The notes beneath the pieces were generated by a model. It had not been told where the DNA came from. It saw only the letters and a list, made by a program, of their open reading frames with translations, and ran no database searches. A stretch of DNA of 63,980 nucleotides, filler included, from Octopus bimaculoides (lineage: Eukaryota), in assembly GCF_001194135.2 (NCBI RefSeq). It is 7 parts of 7 records of this genome, joined end to end, with 100 filler letters (N's around TTAATTAATTAA, not from the genome) between each part and the next. Parts side by side here need not be neighbours in the genome. Positions count along the whole stretch, not along the records: positions 27,472 to 49,929 come from NC_068981.1; positions 50,030 to 54,704 come from NC_068982.1; 5 more parts are not named here. One strand, given 5' to 3'. Shown in pieces: positions 36,732-50,928 of this stretch (the first letter of the stretch is position 1; each line of letters opens with the position of its first letter). The position numbers were made by a program, and so were the translations under genes.

Positions 36732-39504
36732 ACACACACACGCGTTTGTGTTTATACGTAAAATAAATAGGTAGAATATATGCATAGCTATACAAAGAAA
36801 GCTAAAAGAAAATGACTGACATAAATACCAATGTATCCCACTTCTTCTGGAATGTAATGTATATCCCTGTATATTGTGATATAATGATACACATACAACC
36901 AGTTCCACGCCTACATAGATATACTCTTATACTCACTCCATACAGTTACTCACACAATCGTAAAAAAAAAAGAAAGAAATCCAGTGATACGCATATACAT
37001 ACATGCAAGCATACAAGCATTAAAGAAAGACTAAGTTTACGGTTTCGCATGTACCACATTCCAACGAATGCAAAAAAAAGTTATTTCAAGTGAGAGGTGT
37101 CAACCGTTTCAGTCAGTGAACATACAAAATATAGATATAAATAAACATATAACTGAAAAATATGAATAATTGGTATTTTTTTTTTTGTCGTTGATGTTAT
37201 TTTTGTCTTTTCTTTATAGAAAATATTTTCATCTACATGTTTCTGCATTTTTTCAAAAAGATATATCAAAATATAAAGGTCATGTCAACGTCTTGTGAGA
37301 ATTTTTTTGCCAAGTTTTAGCGGACAGTGTTTTTCCACAGAAAAGTGAGGACACTATGTTTATTAGTTAACCTTACATGTCTATTTCAAACCTTTGAGAT
37401 TTTAAACGTTGTAATTTCTACATACTGATGGGGATATAAACGTTCAATTGAATTTCCAGTGAATTAGTGAATTGTTTCTCCTAGCTTACATCCAGATATA
37501 TCCACATACACTTTAGTACTGTATATATCATTGCTTCGAGGCACTATTCGGCATATTTTACAAAATTTTGTTTCATATAAATATAATATGCCAACTGCCA
37601 TATAACAGTATTTGAAACACAGCAACTTCGAGACGCTGTTTCTTCAAAGGTCAGTCGACAAATTAACTTAAATACTCACTTCCTCTGTCATTTGATTTAG
37701 AGAAAAACCAAGGTTTTTGCATACACATGTATATGCACGTATTCATATATAAATATGTATGTGCGTGTGTGTGTGCACGCGTATGTGTGTGTATGTGTGC
37801 GTGTGTCTGTGCGTATGTGTGTGACAGAATGCATGACAGTGCAGAGAATCGCTGACGTTAGTATATTCTGTGAAGAATTAAAGACTCACTCATATATANN
37901 NNNNNNNNNNNNNNNNNNNNNNNNNNNNNNNNNNNNNNNNNNNNNNNNNNNNNNNNNNNNNNNNNNNNNNNNNNNNNNNNNNNNNNNNNNNNNNNNNNNN
38001 NNNNNNNNNNNNNNNNNNNNNNNNNNNATATATATAGGTGTAAAAAGGTTGAATGTAGATTCGTCCTTTAATTTGGAGGTTTCCAAAAAAGATTTCTAAT
38101 GTTGATACTTCATATTTTGTTGGTAGTTTACAGGCGTAAATTTACGAAGATATGAAAGTAAAATAGTCGTTAATATTACAATTTAAATAGTATATGCTTG
38201 CTGTGACTATAAAGAAGAAAGAACTGAATTTGAAACAAGGAATAAAGGTAGGAATACGGAGAAAATAAATATATCAATGTAGGGGAGATAAATGAGCTAG
38301 AAATGAAAATATTAAATAAATAAAAAGGTTTATTTTACTTATGTGTTGATGTGTAAGGTTATAGAGTACCTGTGTTTTAGTATAAATAAAAATTCATTAC
38401 GAGGCAAAATTTCTAGCTTAGTAGTACGTGAGAGGGTTATGCAATGGTAGTAGAGTAGTAGTGATATTGAAGTAATGGGGGTGTATTATCAGTTATGTAT
38501 ATAAGAAAAGATACGAGTAGTAGGGTGCACATGAGTGTACAAAAAATTATACATAATGTTGGAGGAAAATAATCTCATAAGGAGAAAAAGGTTTGTATAT
38601 TTACTAATACATCAGTAGAGGCATATTTGCACATTAGTATATATGGAAAATGGAATTCTAGTTGTTGTATGATTAGGGTATACATAAAAAAAGAAACACT
38701 GTACAAAAATATACACCTACCGGTGCAAAGAGAGAAGAGGCACACACATATAGATATAACTACACACATAATAAGTAGTATATATATGTATGCGAAACAT
38801 ACGTGTGTATATGCGCAGATACACACGTTCATATTAAAAATACATGTTAGTACCAACATATAGTAAACAAACACAAATCAATAGATACACACACACAGAC
38901 GACATATAAGATCCATACCTAGATATGCACACATGGTTGTAGACATGTAGGACACCAAGAAGTACTATATGTGCATACACGTGTACATATATCAGCAGTA
39001 AAATATATGTAATTATAAGGTATAGTGACAAGTAACATAAACCAGTAATAGTTAGAATGGGTATGTTGGGGNNNNNNNNNNNNNNNNNNNNNNNNNNNNN
39101 NNNNNNNNNNNNNNNNNNNNNNNNNNNNNNNNNNNNNNNNNNNNNNNNNNNNNNNNNNNNNNNNNNNNNNNNNNNNNNNNNNNNNNNNNNNNNNNNNNNN
39201 NNNNNNNNNNNNNNNNNNNNNNNNNNNNNNNGGGGGGGGGGGGTACATGGACACCAAAGCTGTAATTTCCTTTATCCAGACATATGGGGAGAAAAAGAGG
39301 TGTAGGGAGAGATAGATAGATTGATAGCCCTATATATGGTGGGTCATGCAATTGTTAGAAGGAAATGTTAAATAAAATGCACAAAGATAGTGTAAGATAT
39401 AGTGATGTAAAGGGGATGTGATGAGTAATTGTATTCCATAGAAAAGGGTGATATATAGTTACATTTTTTAAACTAACTAATCTAAGCAAGAGGAGAGTGA
39501 AGCG

Positions 39505-40800
39505 TTATTTAAGATCGATTAATAGGAATTTGGTCATGTGCTTACATGAGAAACTTTTTCATCCCTAGTATTAACCAAATTTCTATTCATTCTCATTATG
39601 CTATAGCTTTCCTCCAAACACAACCTACACATTTTATCATTATTTATGTAAGCGGGGACAGAAGATAGGATTTTCCAAGAGATGGAGAAATCAATATTGT
39701 TTCTTTTGAGGTGCCAAATTTTTTTAGATAGACCTGTACTATTCTCTTTTCTAGGTTCCCTAAAAGAAGATCTGTGATTATAAATTCTCGATTTAAATTA
39801 ATTTTTCGTGCAACTCACGTATATGTATCTAGAGGAGTCCTGAATAATAATAGTTGCTTGGTATACAACTTCTTTTATTTTACAATTTCTCAGACATTTG
39901 GGTCTCTACAATTACAATTTGAATTAGTGGGTGGTACTATGGTATTATGTCTATATTTTTTGTGAGGGGGGAGATAATGGAGTTATGGTTACTATCAGTA
40001 TTGTAGTTGTTAATTATAGGATTATTGGTGGTACTAGGTACAGTTATTATAGTTTTTTTTTATAAAATAGATCCAGTTTCTTACTGTTTAAAGAAAAAAT
40101 TATCCTAAAGAGATTTGGAGAAACTGAAAATCCAGATCTATTTTATTAATCATTAAATATTTTAGCATATTTAGAGTTTTTGAAGTTTTTATTAATTATC
40201 GTTCTAATGGATCTAATAAAGTTAGATTTTTAGACGTTTGGCAAAAGGGATTATGATCCAAGTAGTATTATTGCTGTGTGCTTTATTGGAATATTGGGTT
40301 GTGTTGGTGGGTGGGGCCAGCTATTCTTACACAAGGTATTGGTTTCTTTCTTACTATTCTATTCTCATCTTAATTAGAGTTCTATGGTTACGGATATTAT
40401 AGAAGGAATTTGGTGAGTTTAGATTATTCTCATTTTTTCTGTTTATTGGATTAAAGTTCCTATTTTTTATCTATAATTATACAGTTTTGGTGTTTGTTGT
40501 CAGTATTCTTAGGTTTATAAATATAAGTGTGGTTAGTAAGGTGGGAATTACTAAAATTTATTTTATTTTTCCGTTAGTAAAGTTACGGTTTTGGTGCTCG
40601 TATTGATTAAGTTTATTAGTATGTTTATTGTAGTTGTGATTTTCATGTTTTTTACTAATGTTATGTTGATGACTATTATTGAGGGTTTTTGTTATACGTT
40701 TATTGGGGTGTACTAATTCATCGGGTGACTAGGTTCACTAATATTATCTACGTTATTCGTTCCAAGACAATTTAAATTGTAATATTAAGAACTATTTTTT
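39505..40800 (-). mobile_element. Penelope-like element relic: RT C-terminal region plus GIY-YIG endonuclease
   Basis: Manual translation: ..IINKNFKNSKYAKIFN..PNLFRII..NCNCRDPN..NCKIKEVVYQATII..YIYVSCTKN*FKSRIYNHRSSF..NSTGLSKKIWHLK..FSISWKIL..Y..CRLCLEE..LVNTRDE / SCKHMTKFLL. The 5' limit is approximate. Confidence 0.85.
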
Positions 40801-41215
40801 AAATTGTAATATTAACAACTATTTTTCTGTTTTTATTTTTTCTGCCTTATATTTAATACATACCAACGAATATTAGTTTTTATGCAAACATAAGTACCTC
40901 TTTTACATCATATTCTGTCTTTAACTCTTTTTAACTCTCTAATACTTGTTTACGTTAACTATCAAGTATTAGCTCTTTATATACTATCTCTTCGAAATTA
41001 ACTTCATTCTCGTATATTTTTTTTAAATACATCACACTACGTAATGTTTTCAACTCTCAGTTGATATCTTAATTCAAACATAGCAGTGCCTTTCCATAGA
41101 ACATTCCTAATACATTTTTTGTCCTACGCTACTTATTTGTAGTTAAAATTTCTAATCTCCTTACTTATCAATAAAGGTCTCTGATACCTCTTTACTTATT
41201 GGTAAACACACTTAC

Positions 41216-41389
41216 GCGCACCGCTCGGTGATGACGTAGAACATCTATTCTTTGGCTCTGGTCGTTCTGGGCTCCGAGGAAACTCCTTTGGCTTCTCATC
41301 ACCTCCTGGTAACATGGTGGTAGTGGTGGTGGTGGTGGTGGTGGTGGTGGTGGTGGTGATGGTGGTGGTCGCTCTGAAGGCAAGATAAC
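41216..41389 (-). CDS. Candidate internal coding exon (58 aa, poly-Pro and PPxY motif) of an unidentified gene
   Basis: Acceptor tttctcctag|GTT, donor CGC|gtaagt, 174 nt, phase 0/0, open frame VILPSERPPPSPPPPPPPPPPPLPPCYQEVMRSQRSFLGAQNDQSQRIDVLRHHRAVR. Confidence 0.5.
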
Positions 41390-42399
41390 CTAGGAGAAAT
41401 CATTTTTGAAAACTTTATTATTTGTTCTACCTCGAGAGTTGTTGGCAGTTATTTTAAATTTCACATCAAGAAGTAAGCTATCATAACTATGGAACGAAAG
41501 CAAAGACATAATTTATCTATAATTTATTTATATTATTCTGCTACTGTATGACTGAGATAGTAAAGATTTAATAAATGCTGCATCACTACATTCTTATTTT
41601 CATATCAGAGAAAATTGCCTATGGCTAGGCTTGAACCTGTAGTTCCACAAGGTCGACTTCGTCTTTCATCCTTTTGCAGTTGATAAAACAAGTATCACTT
41701 GAGCACTGGTGTCGAAGCAATCGACTTACCCCTCCTCAAACATTGCTGGCTTTGTGCCAACATTTAATATTAGTATTATGTTGCATCTATAACAGATTAT
41801 CTCTTCGATTTCGCTCCATACATTATCACTGTTGTATTACAAAAAATATACTCTAACAAGATCCATGAAATATCCTTGTTTTATAAACGTTCATATTTTG
41901 TATTTTGATGATTAAATTTATGGACCATCATAACATTGTTTCATTATGGTAAAATCTTGAATGCCTTCGTTTTCCTTTCACGGTTAGAAGCGTTTAAAGC
42001 GTGGCATTCTCATTTCTTTTTAAATCACCGCTAATTTCTTTATGAGATTAAAGCAAAAGATTCCTAGCCTTCACTCTGATTGAACAGGTTTCATTCCCAG
42101 CACAGCCAAAAAGAAAACTTTTATGGCGATATCAGCTGTAATAAGTAACGTATTTCTCATCCATTCAAATAACTATTTAGTTGATTTTGGTTTAAAGTAA
42201 AGGGCTCCACCCGACTAACCATAATTTTGAAGTAATGTATAATGATTTTCAGATTTGTTAAACAAAACACGGTTTGAGAAAACTGATGCCCACATCCCTC
42301 TTAATTTGCTTTTCTACCCCCTTCCCAAAAGTGTTCACATTTTATTTGTAGATGATAACAGCAGCCATGGTACCTTCTGGATTTTTAGACAAGACTACA

Positions 42400-43020
42400 T
42401 TCAAGCCCAGTGATGTTTACCGATCGTAACACTCACGCTTTTCTTCACCTCCGGAATCGGAATGATGTCACTATCAAACTGGCTGATAAAAGCTGTGCAA
42501 TGATTATTTGGGGAAACATCTCTGCCACGGTTCTCCGGCAGCTAAAAAACACAATATTTCACAGCTTTCATTTTCTATTCTCTGACCAACAAACTGCTCC
42601 TATTTTTTCTCCGAAGCTTGCGCAGCCTCTTGATCAGAAGATTCATGACCTCCAGCAACATATATCCGAACACTTTCAAAGACACCTACTCAAAATTTGA
42701 CCTCATTTTTTAAAACTTCTAACAATACACTAATAACTGGTCTCCAGACTCATTTCTAAGCTACCGATTAACTTAGCTACACCTCTACCAGGCTTATGTA
42801 CTGCATCAACTACAATTTCTGCAAGCCCTTATTTGTAATGAAACTGGATGACGCTTAAGTGGTCACTTTCCTGGCGTGTAACAACAGCACTCTCCGAATT
42901 CGTAACTCGACATTTTACTTCCCTATGTCACTTCTTTCAACACCTCAAAGTACCTTTATTGAGTCACTTTACATCACGGCTCGGACTTTACCAGCAAACA
43001 TAAAGAATAACACACTTTAA
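42400..43020 (+). mobile_element. Penelope-like RT fragment, heavily deleted
   Basis: LHLRNRNDVTIKLADKSCAMIIW matches the PLE RT motif L....I.IK.ADKG..V. The 3' extent is uncertain. Confidence 0.55.
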
Positions 43021-46000
43021 AAAAACTATGCAGCTCCTCAATTGCAGATATTAATGATAATGAATGTCTCACAAACTCCAAGTTAACCGTACTTTCGGTA
43101 ATAATCTCTGATATGGTTGTTAATTTTTCACTTATTCTTTAGTAATGCCTTCAGAAACCCGATTTCTTTCACTGTAACTTATATGCTTAGCGAGTAGGTC
43201 TGATTATCTGATCCAGTATCGACTTGTATAAAACTTTAACAAAGAGTAAACTGTTATTTCAGAAGTACTTTTAGACTTTTAGTCGACCATCGACCTGTAG
43301 CTTTGTTGGTTGTGGGTACTCTACACTGAATATCATCAGTATCAGCATCAGCATCGACCCTAAAGACAACATTAACAAAACAACTGCAAGAAGAAGAAGA
43401 AGAATTACAAGAGAAGAAAGAGAAGATAAAGAAAGTTTTCATGTTGAATATTAACATTGAATTTCTGTGAAGTGGCGTCAACTAACAAAATCAGACTGAA
43501 AGACTGCTTTTTAAACCGTCATGATATTTGAGGTAAGAACTATAAAATAAACAATTTAGGTGTTATATAAACAGGGAAATGTAAAGATCTTAGAGTTTAT
43601 CCCTTGTTTAGTTTTAGCCCTTTGACTTCTTGTATGTCTGACCGGAATATTTCCCCAGACTATTTTTTGTTGTTTTTTTTTTTTAGAGCCCGTATTTTAA
43701 GGAATAATTCCAACGCTTTTGTTATCATGTATACACTGTACTTTGCTTGAGATTTTTCTTCTTTGAATTTTCATTGGAGGGAGGAGGTTAATAAAGTTGT
43801 TAATGAATTTTAAATATTTAGAAGACAGAGATGTTATTTTACTAGTTTAGCGTCAACAAAGAAAATACAAATTGGTTGAGTCATTAGAGCGCTGAATAGA
43901 ATGTCTTATGGTATTTGCGCCAGCTCTGAGTTCAAATCCCACCAAGATCCATTAGGGATATATATATATATATATAATATCCAACACAAACACAATGTCA
44001 GGCATTTTGTGGGAAAAATACAACTGTTTGCATCTTGTACTTGACAGCTGCTTACTTTATCGGTCTCTGGAAAGGAAAGACGATTGACAATGTCAGCTCC
44101 AATGGGATTTGAACTGCAAACGTACGAAGAGACCTAACAGACAGCTGCAAGCATTTATCATCGCTTTTCTGCTGTTTAGTGATTTCTAGGACTTCCAACC
44201 AGTTGACTGCACATAACCCTGGACTATTTCTTTGGGGACTAATTTTCCCTTTACCCATGCTCAACAGAACCGTATAAAGCATTTTACCCATGTAATAAAG
44301 TACAAAGTAAAGTAAGAAGGGGGTGTTATCTTGTTTTATAGGTTGACCAGATGAGGCAAAACAGCGTTTATGATTTTAACAGTCTACATCCTGCGACTAG
44401 TTGGAGAAACAAAGTGGTAAAAAGCCATAATTCTTGTGTTGCTGCAGCATGAGCCAGCATATCTAGATACTGAGATATCACCAGATAAGAGCTCTGTTCC
44501 GACTTCTTGTAACACAATGGTCACCGCTAAATATACCAGGTGATAGCATCAAGGATTATGTGACAGTATTAGTCCAGATTGACGAATTAAATCTCTCAGC
44601 CAGATTGTCGGTTGGGTAAAACTGAAAATTCAATAAATGTAAACGTCTTTAGTAGAAAGATTTGTATCTTGTCACAAATACTGCACCGGATGTTCATAAA
44701 CAAGGCATTTTGCCTCAGGACGGCAGAGTGAACCAATCTGTTCATTGTCGAAGACTATAAGTACTTAACAGTTAGATATATAGTCGAACAACTGCAACAG
44801 TGGCCAGTGTTTTATTCGGTTGCAATAGTAAGTTCAAATTCTTTTGTGAGCATGGCCTCAATAAGTACTAATGCCCACTATCATATGACATTAGTCATTG
44901 GTCTTGATGCACCTTACATGAATTTGGATATTTTGGCTTCATATAAAACAATGTATTAAGCGGTGTAGACATTCAATAAGTGAAAGCATTCGACGGAGAC
45001 AGGCGTTCGTTTTCTAAGTTCTCTAGGTAGTGAACAAATATATATAGTTAAAACACATGGAGACAAACATTCCACGTGTGTGTGAGTGTGTGCGTGTGTG
45101 CATGTGTGTGTGTATATGTATGTGACTATGCGTGTGTATTCATAAGATTGTGTCTCTACGTTTCCCTTTTTTTGTAAGAAGATGGAGACATTGAGGGGAG
45201 AGAGAATGAAAAGGAAGTTCTCCCTGCCTCCCTCCCTCTCTCTTTATTTCTCTCCTTTTCTCTCCTTTTCCACAATATCTATGGGTCTCTGTTCTAACCA
45301 GGCACTCCGTTGCTCTTTTCCTCTTTATCGTCTCTCATTCTCACTCTCCTCTCTCTCACTCTCTCTTTCTTCCTCTCTCTCTCCCTCTTTCTTTCTGGCT
45401 CTCTCGCTCGCTCTATACCATTCTCGTTCTCCCTCCGCTTCAGTCCTCTGTAAATACTTCTGTTTTTCCACATCAATTAAATAAAATTGAGCTCTCCTCA
45501 ATTTTATTTAATCTTATCTAATTATGATTCAGTCAGTTGGAGATATCCAGTCAAAGCGTCCCTAATAATTTTAGAAGAAATGAATATANNNNNNNNNNNN
45601 NNNNNNNNNNNNNNNNNNNNNNNNNNNNNNNNNNNNNNNNNNNNNNNNNNNNNNNNNNNNNNNNNNNNNNNNNNNNNNNNNNNNNNNNNNNNNNNNNNNN
45701 NNNNNNNNNNNNNNNNNNNNNNNNNNNNNNNNNNNNNNNNNNNNNNNNNNNNNNNNNNNNNNNNNNNNNNNNNNNNNNNNNNNNNNNNNNNNNNNNNNNN
45801 NNNNNNNNNNNNNNNNNNNNNNNNNNNNNNNNNNNNNNNNNNNNNNNNNNNNNNNNNNNNNNNNNNNNNNNNNNNNNNNNNNNNNNNNNNNNNNNNNNNN
45901 NNNNNNNNNNNNNNNNNNNNNNNNNNNNNNNNNNNNNNNNNNNNNNNNNNNNNNNNNNNNNNNNNNNNNNNNNNNNNNNNNNNNNNNNNNNNNNNNNNNN

Positions 46001-46130
46001 NNNNNNNNNNNNNNNNNNNNNNNNNNNNNNNNNNNNNNNNNNNNNNNNNNNNNNNNNNNNNNNNNNNNNNNNNNNNNNNNNNNNNNNNNNNNNNNNNNNN
46101 NNNNNNNNNNNNNNNNNNNNNNNNNNNNNN

Positions 46131-46158
<28 letters not shown>

Positions 46159-46162
<4 letters not shown>

Positions 46163-46580
46163 AGAGAGAAGAAAATGGAAATGGTGATTGGAAAGTTAGT
46201 AATTGTTTATTATTAACACCAAATTAATCATCATCCCTTACAGTTGTTTCAATTAATACTCAGTAAATATTAAGTAAATATTAAATTTATATGACCTGAA
46301 CATAATACCTTCCAAGGGAAAAATGTACCCTTGGATGTTTTATGTGTTTATGAATTCGTTATAGTAGACTGAATGATCATATAAAACATATAAAACATAA
46401 AACATCCAAGGTTATACTTTTCTCCTGTGAAGATATTATACTCAGGTCGTATAAATTTAATATTTACTTAATATTTACTGAGTATTCATGGAAACAGCTG
46501 TAAGGGATGATGAGTAATTTGCTGTTAATAATAAAGAATTATTAACTTCCGAATCTTCATTTTCTTTTTCTTCTTTTATA
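46159..46580. mobile_element. ~420-bp AT-rich palindrome (two ~190-200-bp arms, ~30-bp spacer) with decayed hammerhead motifs
   Basis: 46159-46351 is the reverse complement of 46381-46580 (e.g. tactcagtaaatattaagtaaatattaaatttata, catcatcccttacag). Confidence 0.85.
46421..46507 (+). ncRNA. Decayed long-stem-II hammerhead motif (mirror copy 46234-46319 on minus)
   Basis: UCUCCU-GUGAAGA-UAUU-AUACUCAG..CUGAGUAU-UCAUG-GAAAC-AGCU-GUA-AGGGA. C3 is mutated; the palindrome ACAGCUGU is present; the mirror copy has a perfect UCCCU/AGGGA stem I but a more damaged core. Confidence 0.4.
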
Positions 46581-46845
46581 TGAATATGAACTATATGTTT
46601 TATATATATATATACCTATTATTTTAAGGAGATTAATTCCTCCAAAATACTAGGTATTGAACCAATATTTCCTTGGATGAAACCATTCCTTCATGAGGTT
46701 AACACAACCTCTAACCGAAGTGTGTATATAAATATATATATATATGTATATATGCATGTATGTATTATGTATGTATGCATGTATGTATGCATGTATGTAT
46801 GTATGATGTATGTATGTATGTATGTATGTATGTAAGGGAACATCA

Positions 46846-46899
<54 letters not shown>

Positions 46900-46913
46900 G
46901 CACATATACTTGC

Positions 46914-46968
<55 letters not shown>

Positions 46969-48018
46969 CGTGTTCGGATGTAGAAAGAGAGAGAGATGGG
47001 AAATACAGGGAAGAGTGAGTGATAGAATGAGAAATTAAAAGAGGAAAACAGAGACGCTGGGATTAGAAAGAGAGAGAAAATATAGGCAATAATACACATA
47101 CGCACATAAAAACACACACAAACACATACACATATATACACACTCACATACACACACATTCACACAGAAGCACACAAACACATATACACATACACAGACA
47201 CAACCATGAAGATTTACGGTCTTGATTACCACTTCAGCGTACATCTGGGGCAAAGAAATCAAAACAAGATTTCGAAATATGATATCAACAAAACACTTGT
47301 ATGATGCCGAGTGTTTAGCATGAAGAGCAATTATCATAGTCGATATTTTTATGTATGAGTATATAGCTCGAAAGTATCTAAGGCAAAGGTTTTCGACAAA
47401 TGGGTGTAGATATGTTTCTGTGGTCTAGGCCGTTCTGCCGCAGTCAAATTTCACGTTTTAATTCCGTCGCGCATCATCTTCTGCAAGTGTCTTTCTTTGT
47501 AATCTCGAATATAGTAATTATCATGTGAAAGAAGTTTCGAAGCCCTTCGTATATATATATTTTATATTCATTTATTAGCTTCCATCATTGCACGGTAGCT
47601 TATGCAGGTCCACTGCCTGTAAGGGCTTACATTATGTAAACCACATATTTGTTTCAGTCTGGTACTTGTTTTATCACCTCCATTTCTCGAACTACGGAAC
47701 ATACGCAAAAATATCTTTACGCGCACGTCCAATCAAATTATATCTTTTTGTCTTCGTTATTTGAATATATTAACGATCGTGTTTCATTCCTCGAATTTCG
47801 AAGGCATGAACCTAAGTCATGAATGTTACAGTTTTAGATCTAAGAAATAAACACACATAGGCGTGCGCGTGCATGCATATAACACGCATATGTCCCTACA
47901 TACATGCATACATACATACATACATATCTTTGTATGCGTGTGATATTTATATATATAGTTATCTATATATCCATAGCTGTCTATCTACGTATCTCTCTCT
48001 TTCTCTCTCTCTCTCTTT

Positions 48019-48067
<49 letters not shown>

Positions 48068-48901
48068 GAGAAAGAGATACATACAGGCATACATACATGC
48101 ACGCATACATGTATGCATACATACATATGTACATGCATACATGCAGGCATACATACATACGTACATACATACATACAGTGACGGCTCGTGTATAGGCACT
48201 GCAGAACTGCAGCACCCACTATTTCCACTCGATATTATCGATAACATTCAATATAATGAGTCTTCTTTTTTCTTTAATTCTCTCTTTATGCTTGTCAGTA
48301 GCTATCCCCTAGTTTATGAAAAAAAAATACAAAAATCCTTGTATAGAACTGTGCGCTTCGCAGTTCCAGTGTCACAGTGTTTGGTTATTGTGCGCATACT
48401 CACATGACCGAGATAGGAAGTTGCACGCTAGGGAGAGAGAGAGCACTGTGGTTCACACATTGCCGACCCTGGTGTGCTGTTGAAAGGTAATGTCTCTTTT
48501 TGACTCCACATGTGTTGTGCTTAGAAACGTGTTTATACTCTTGAATGTGATAAAGTGTAGATTATTATCCTGCTTCCAGCTACAGTGTTGCTGCCATGAT
48601 TTGAAAAGTAGGGCAGATTTTCCCTACTTATTTTGTAATTTAGGGGGTGGATTTTTGAAAAACAAGGGGGAATTCGTGGCGTTGTTCAGTGAACAATTTA
48701 AACACATTACCCGGCAGTGGCTAGAACGTGAACCAATCAAATTTATGTATATATTTTCTTTTTATATGTTTGTTTCCTTTTACACAATATTAAAACAACG
48801 GCTGAAAATTTTTTGAAGCATTAACCCCACTAATTTTATCTATGAGTTGCCACTGCATACGTATATACATACATGCATACATACATACATACATGCATAC
48901 A

Positions 48902-48932
<31 letters not shown>

Positions 48933-49516
48933 TTATATACAAACATATATAGATATAGATACAGATAACCGGAAGGGAAGAAAGAAAGAAAGAAAAACAG
49001 ATAGATAGATAGATAGATAGACATCAAAGTCACGCAAGTGATTTGAATGAAGTCACCCACTATAAAGTCAGGCCCCTAGACTATAGATACGCTGTCTCCT
49101 ACCTCTGCCAATTCTACTGTGACTGAAGTAGTACTCTTCGGTGCTGGTTAGTCTCGTACGATCTCTACCCGATTACACCCAACTCCTCTTTCTTCCTCTC
49201 GTCCCTTATGTAGTGCTCATATTTACCTCAAAATCTATTCCTTTCTCTCAGGACATCAGCACTCGAATTCCTCCTTTGCACATATTTTTTGTTTTTCTGC
49301 ATGGTTTGACTTAATTTTATGAGGATGGCGGATTATTAAAAACTGTAGAAGTCTGGGCAATATACGTTGCAATGTCTAAGCATATCCTTTCGCGTTCTTG
49401 CTTCAAATCCCAACTGACTCGAACTTGCATCTGATCTTTCTGAGTTGATAAAGTAAGTTTCAGTCAAGTAAAAGTACTTACTTTACTTGAATTGTAAACT
49501 AATTTGTGCCATTGAC

Positions 49517-49929
49517 TATTATTATTATTATTATTATTATTACCATTATTATTATTATTATTCAGTAGTTTTATTTTTATAACGTGCTTTCACTTCACTA
49601 CCGAGCGCAGCTCTGTGCGCCTTGGGTATGTGCTGTGGTTTGCTGTGGTGCTCTTATGTTTACTGTATTGAAAGTGTTTTGCGTAGAATGTGTGCAGTAC
49701 CCAGTAGTGCAATTTTCTGTATGTTATATATATTTGTAAGTCCTGCTATTTTTGTTATGTATTTGTCTGAATATTTTTTTATTATACCTAAGGCACCTAC
49801 TATGATAGGAATTGTTTCTGTTTTTAGATTCCACATTCGAGTTATCTCTATTTCCAGGTCTTTGTATTTTGAAAGTTTTTCCATTTCTTTTAGAGAAACG
49901 TTGTCATCTGCTGGTATTGATACATCAAT
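49517..49929 (-). mobile_element. Dong/R4-like LINE 3' end with UTR and (TAA)n tail
   Basis: IDVSIPADDNVSLKEMEKLSKYKDLEIEITRMWNLKTETIPIIVGALG..IQKIALLGTAHILRKTLSIQ*, a ~100-nt UTR, then (TAA)n. Confidence 0.9.
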
Positions 49930-50858
49930 NNNNNNNNNNNNNNNNNNNNNNNNNNNNNNNNNNNNNNNNNNNNTTAATTAATTAANNNNNNNNNNNNNNN
50001 NNNNNNNNNNNNNNNNNNNNNNNNNNNNNATATATATATATATATATATATACATACATACATACATACTTACATACTTACATAAATACATACCTGCGTA
50101 CATACATGTAAGCATATATGCAGTCATATGCTTTCGCATATATATTCAGGCATCTATATACACTCATGTTTATGTTTAATCTACATAACATATTTATATA
50201 CTTACACGTACAAACACACGCATCGATATTTCTGTGCCCATGGAATTAAAACAACTCATATGACAACGCGGATGCATGAACACTAAGATTCATAAACACA
50301 TATAAAGATGGATATGAGATCTTTATTCTACTCCCGTTATCGTAAAAACAATTTGAGGAATCATTTGTTGGAAACAATATATGATTTCCCAAGAGAATGC
50401 AACATCTTTATCGTTAAATTTACCATATTCCAACTAGATTCTTTGACATTTAGCTTATAAATGATCACTCTTCTAAGGAGCTTCTACACACCACAAACAA
50501 ACGAAAATGTTTTTCTTCTCTGGAATTGAAAAAATGAGAAGGCGTTAGTGAAGCAAGCAAAATGAATCTGTTATAATTAGTAATCGGAACACGGTTACAG
50601 GTTTAGCTTATTGGGAGTTTAACAGTATTCTAGTCAAGCTTCAGATAATGGGAATTTTTCTCTGCGGAATCTGACTTGTAGTTGATTTTTTTGCAGCCGA
50701 TTTATAAACCTGGTTGGCGATGGATTGACAGAATAGTGAGAATGTCAGAAAAATGTTTTGCAGTAATTGCTCCTCGTCGTTGCTTTCAGACCTCGCTAAA
50801 ATCAACTTTCATCTTTCGAGAGGTCGATAGATAAATACCAGTCAAATACTGAGGTCGA

Positions 50859-50928
50859 TTCTTCTTTTTCTTCTTCTTCTTCTTCTTCTTCTTCTTCTTC
50901 TTCTTCTTCTTCTTCTTCTTCTTCTTCT
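50859..50928. repeat. (TTC)n microsatellite
   Basis: Seen directly. Confidence 0.95.

Noticed and set aside
43250-43330. Hammerhead on minus starting CUGAUGAU
   Set aside because: No convincing stem II closing on GAAA and no stem I. Isolated CUGAUGA words near 18390, 23905, 57360 and 61907 were rejected for the same reason.
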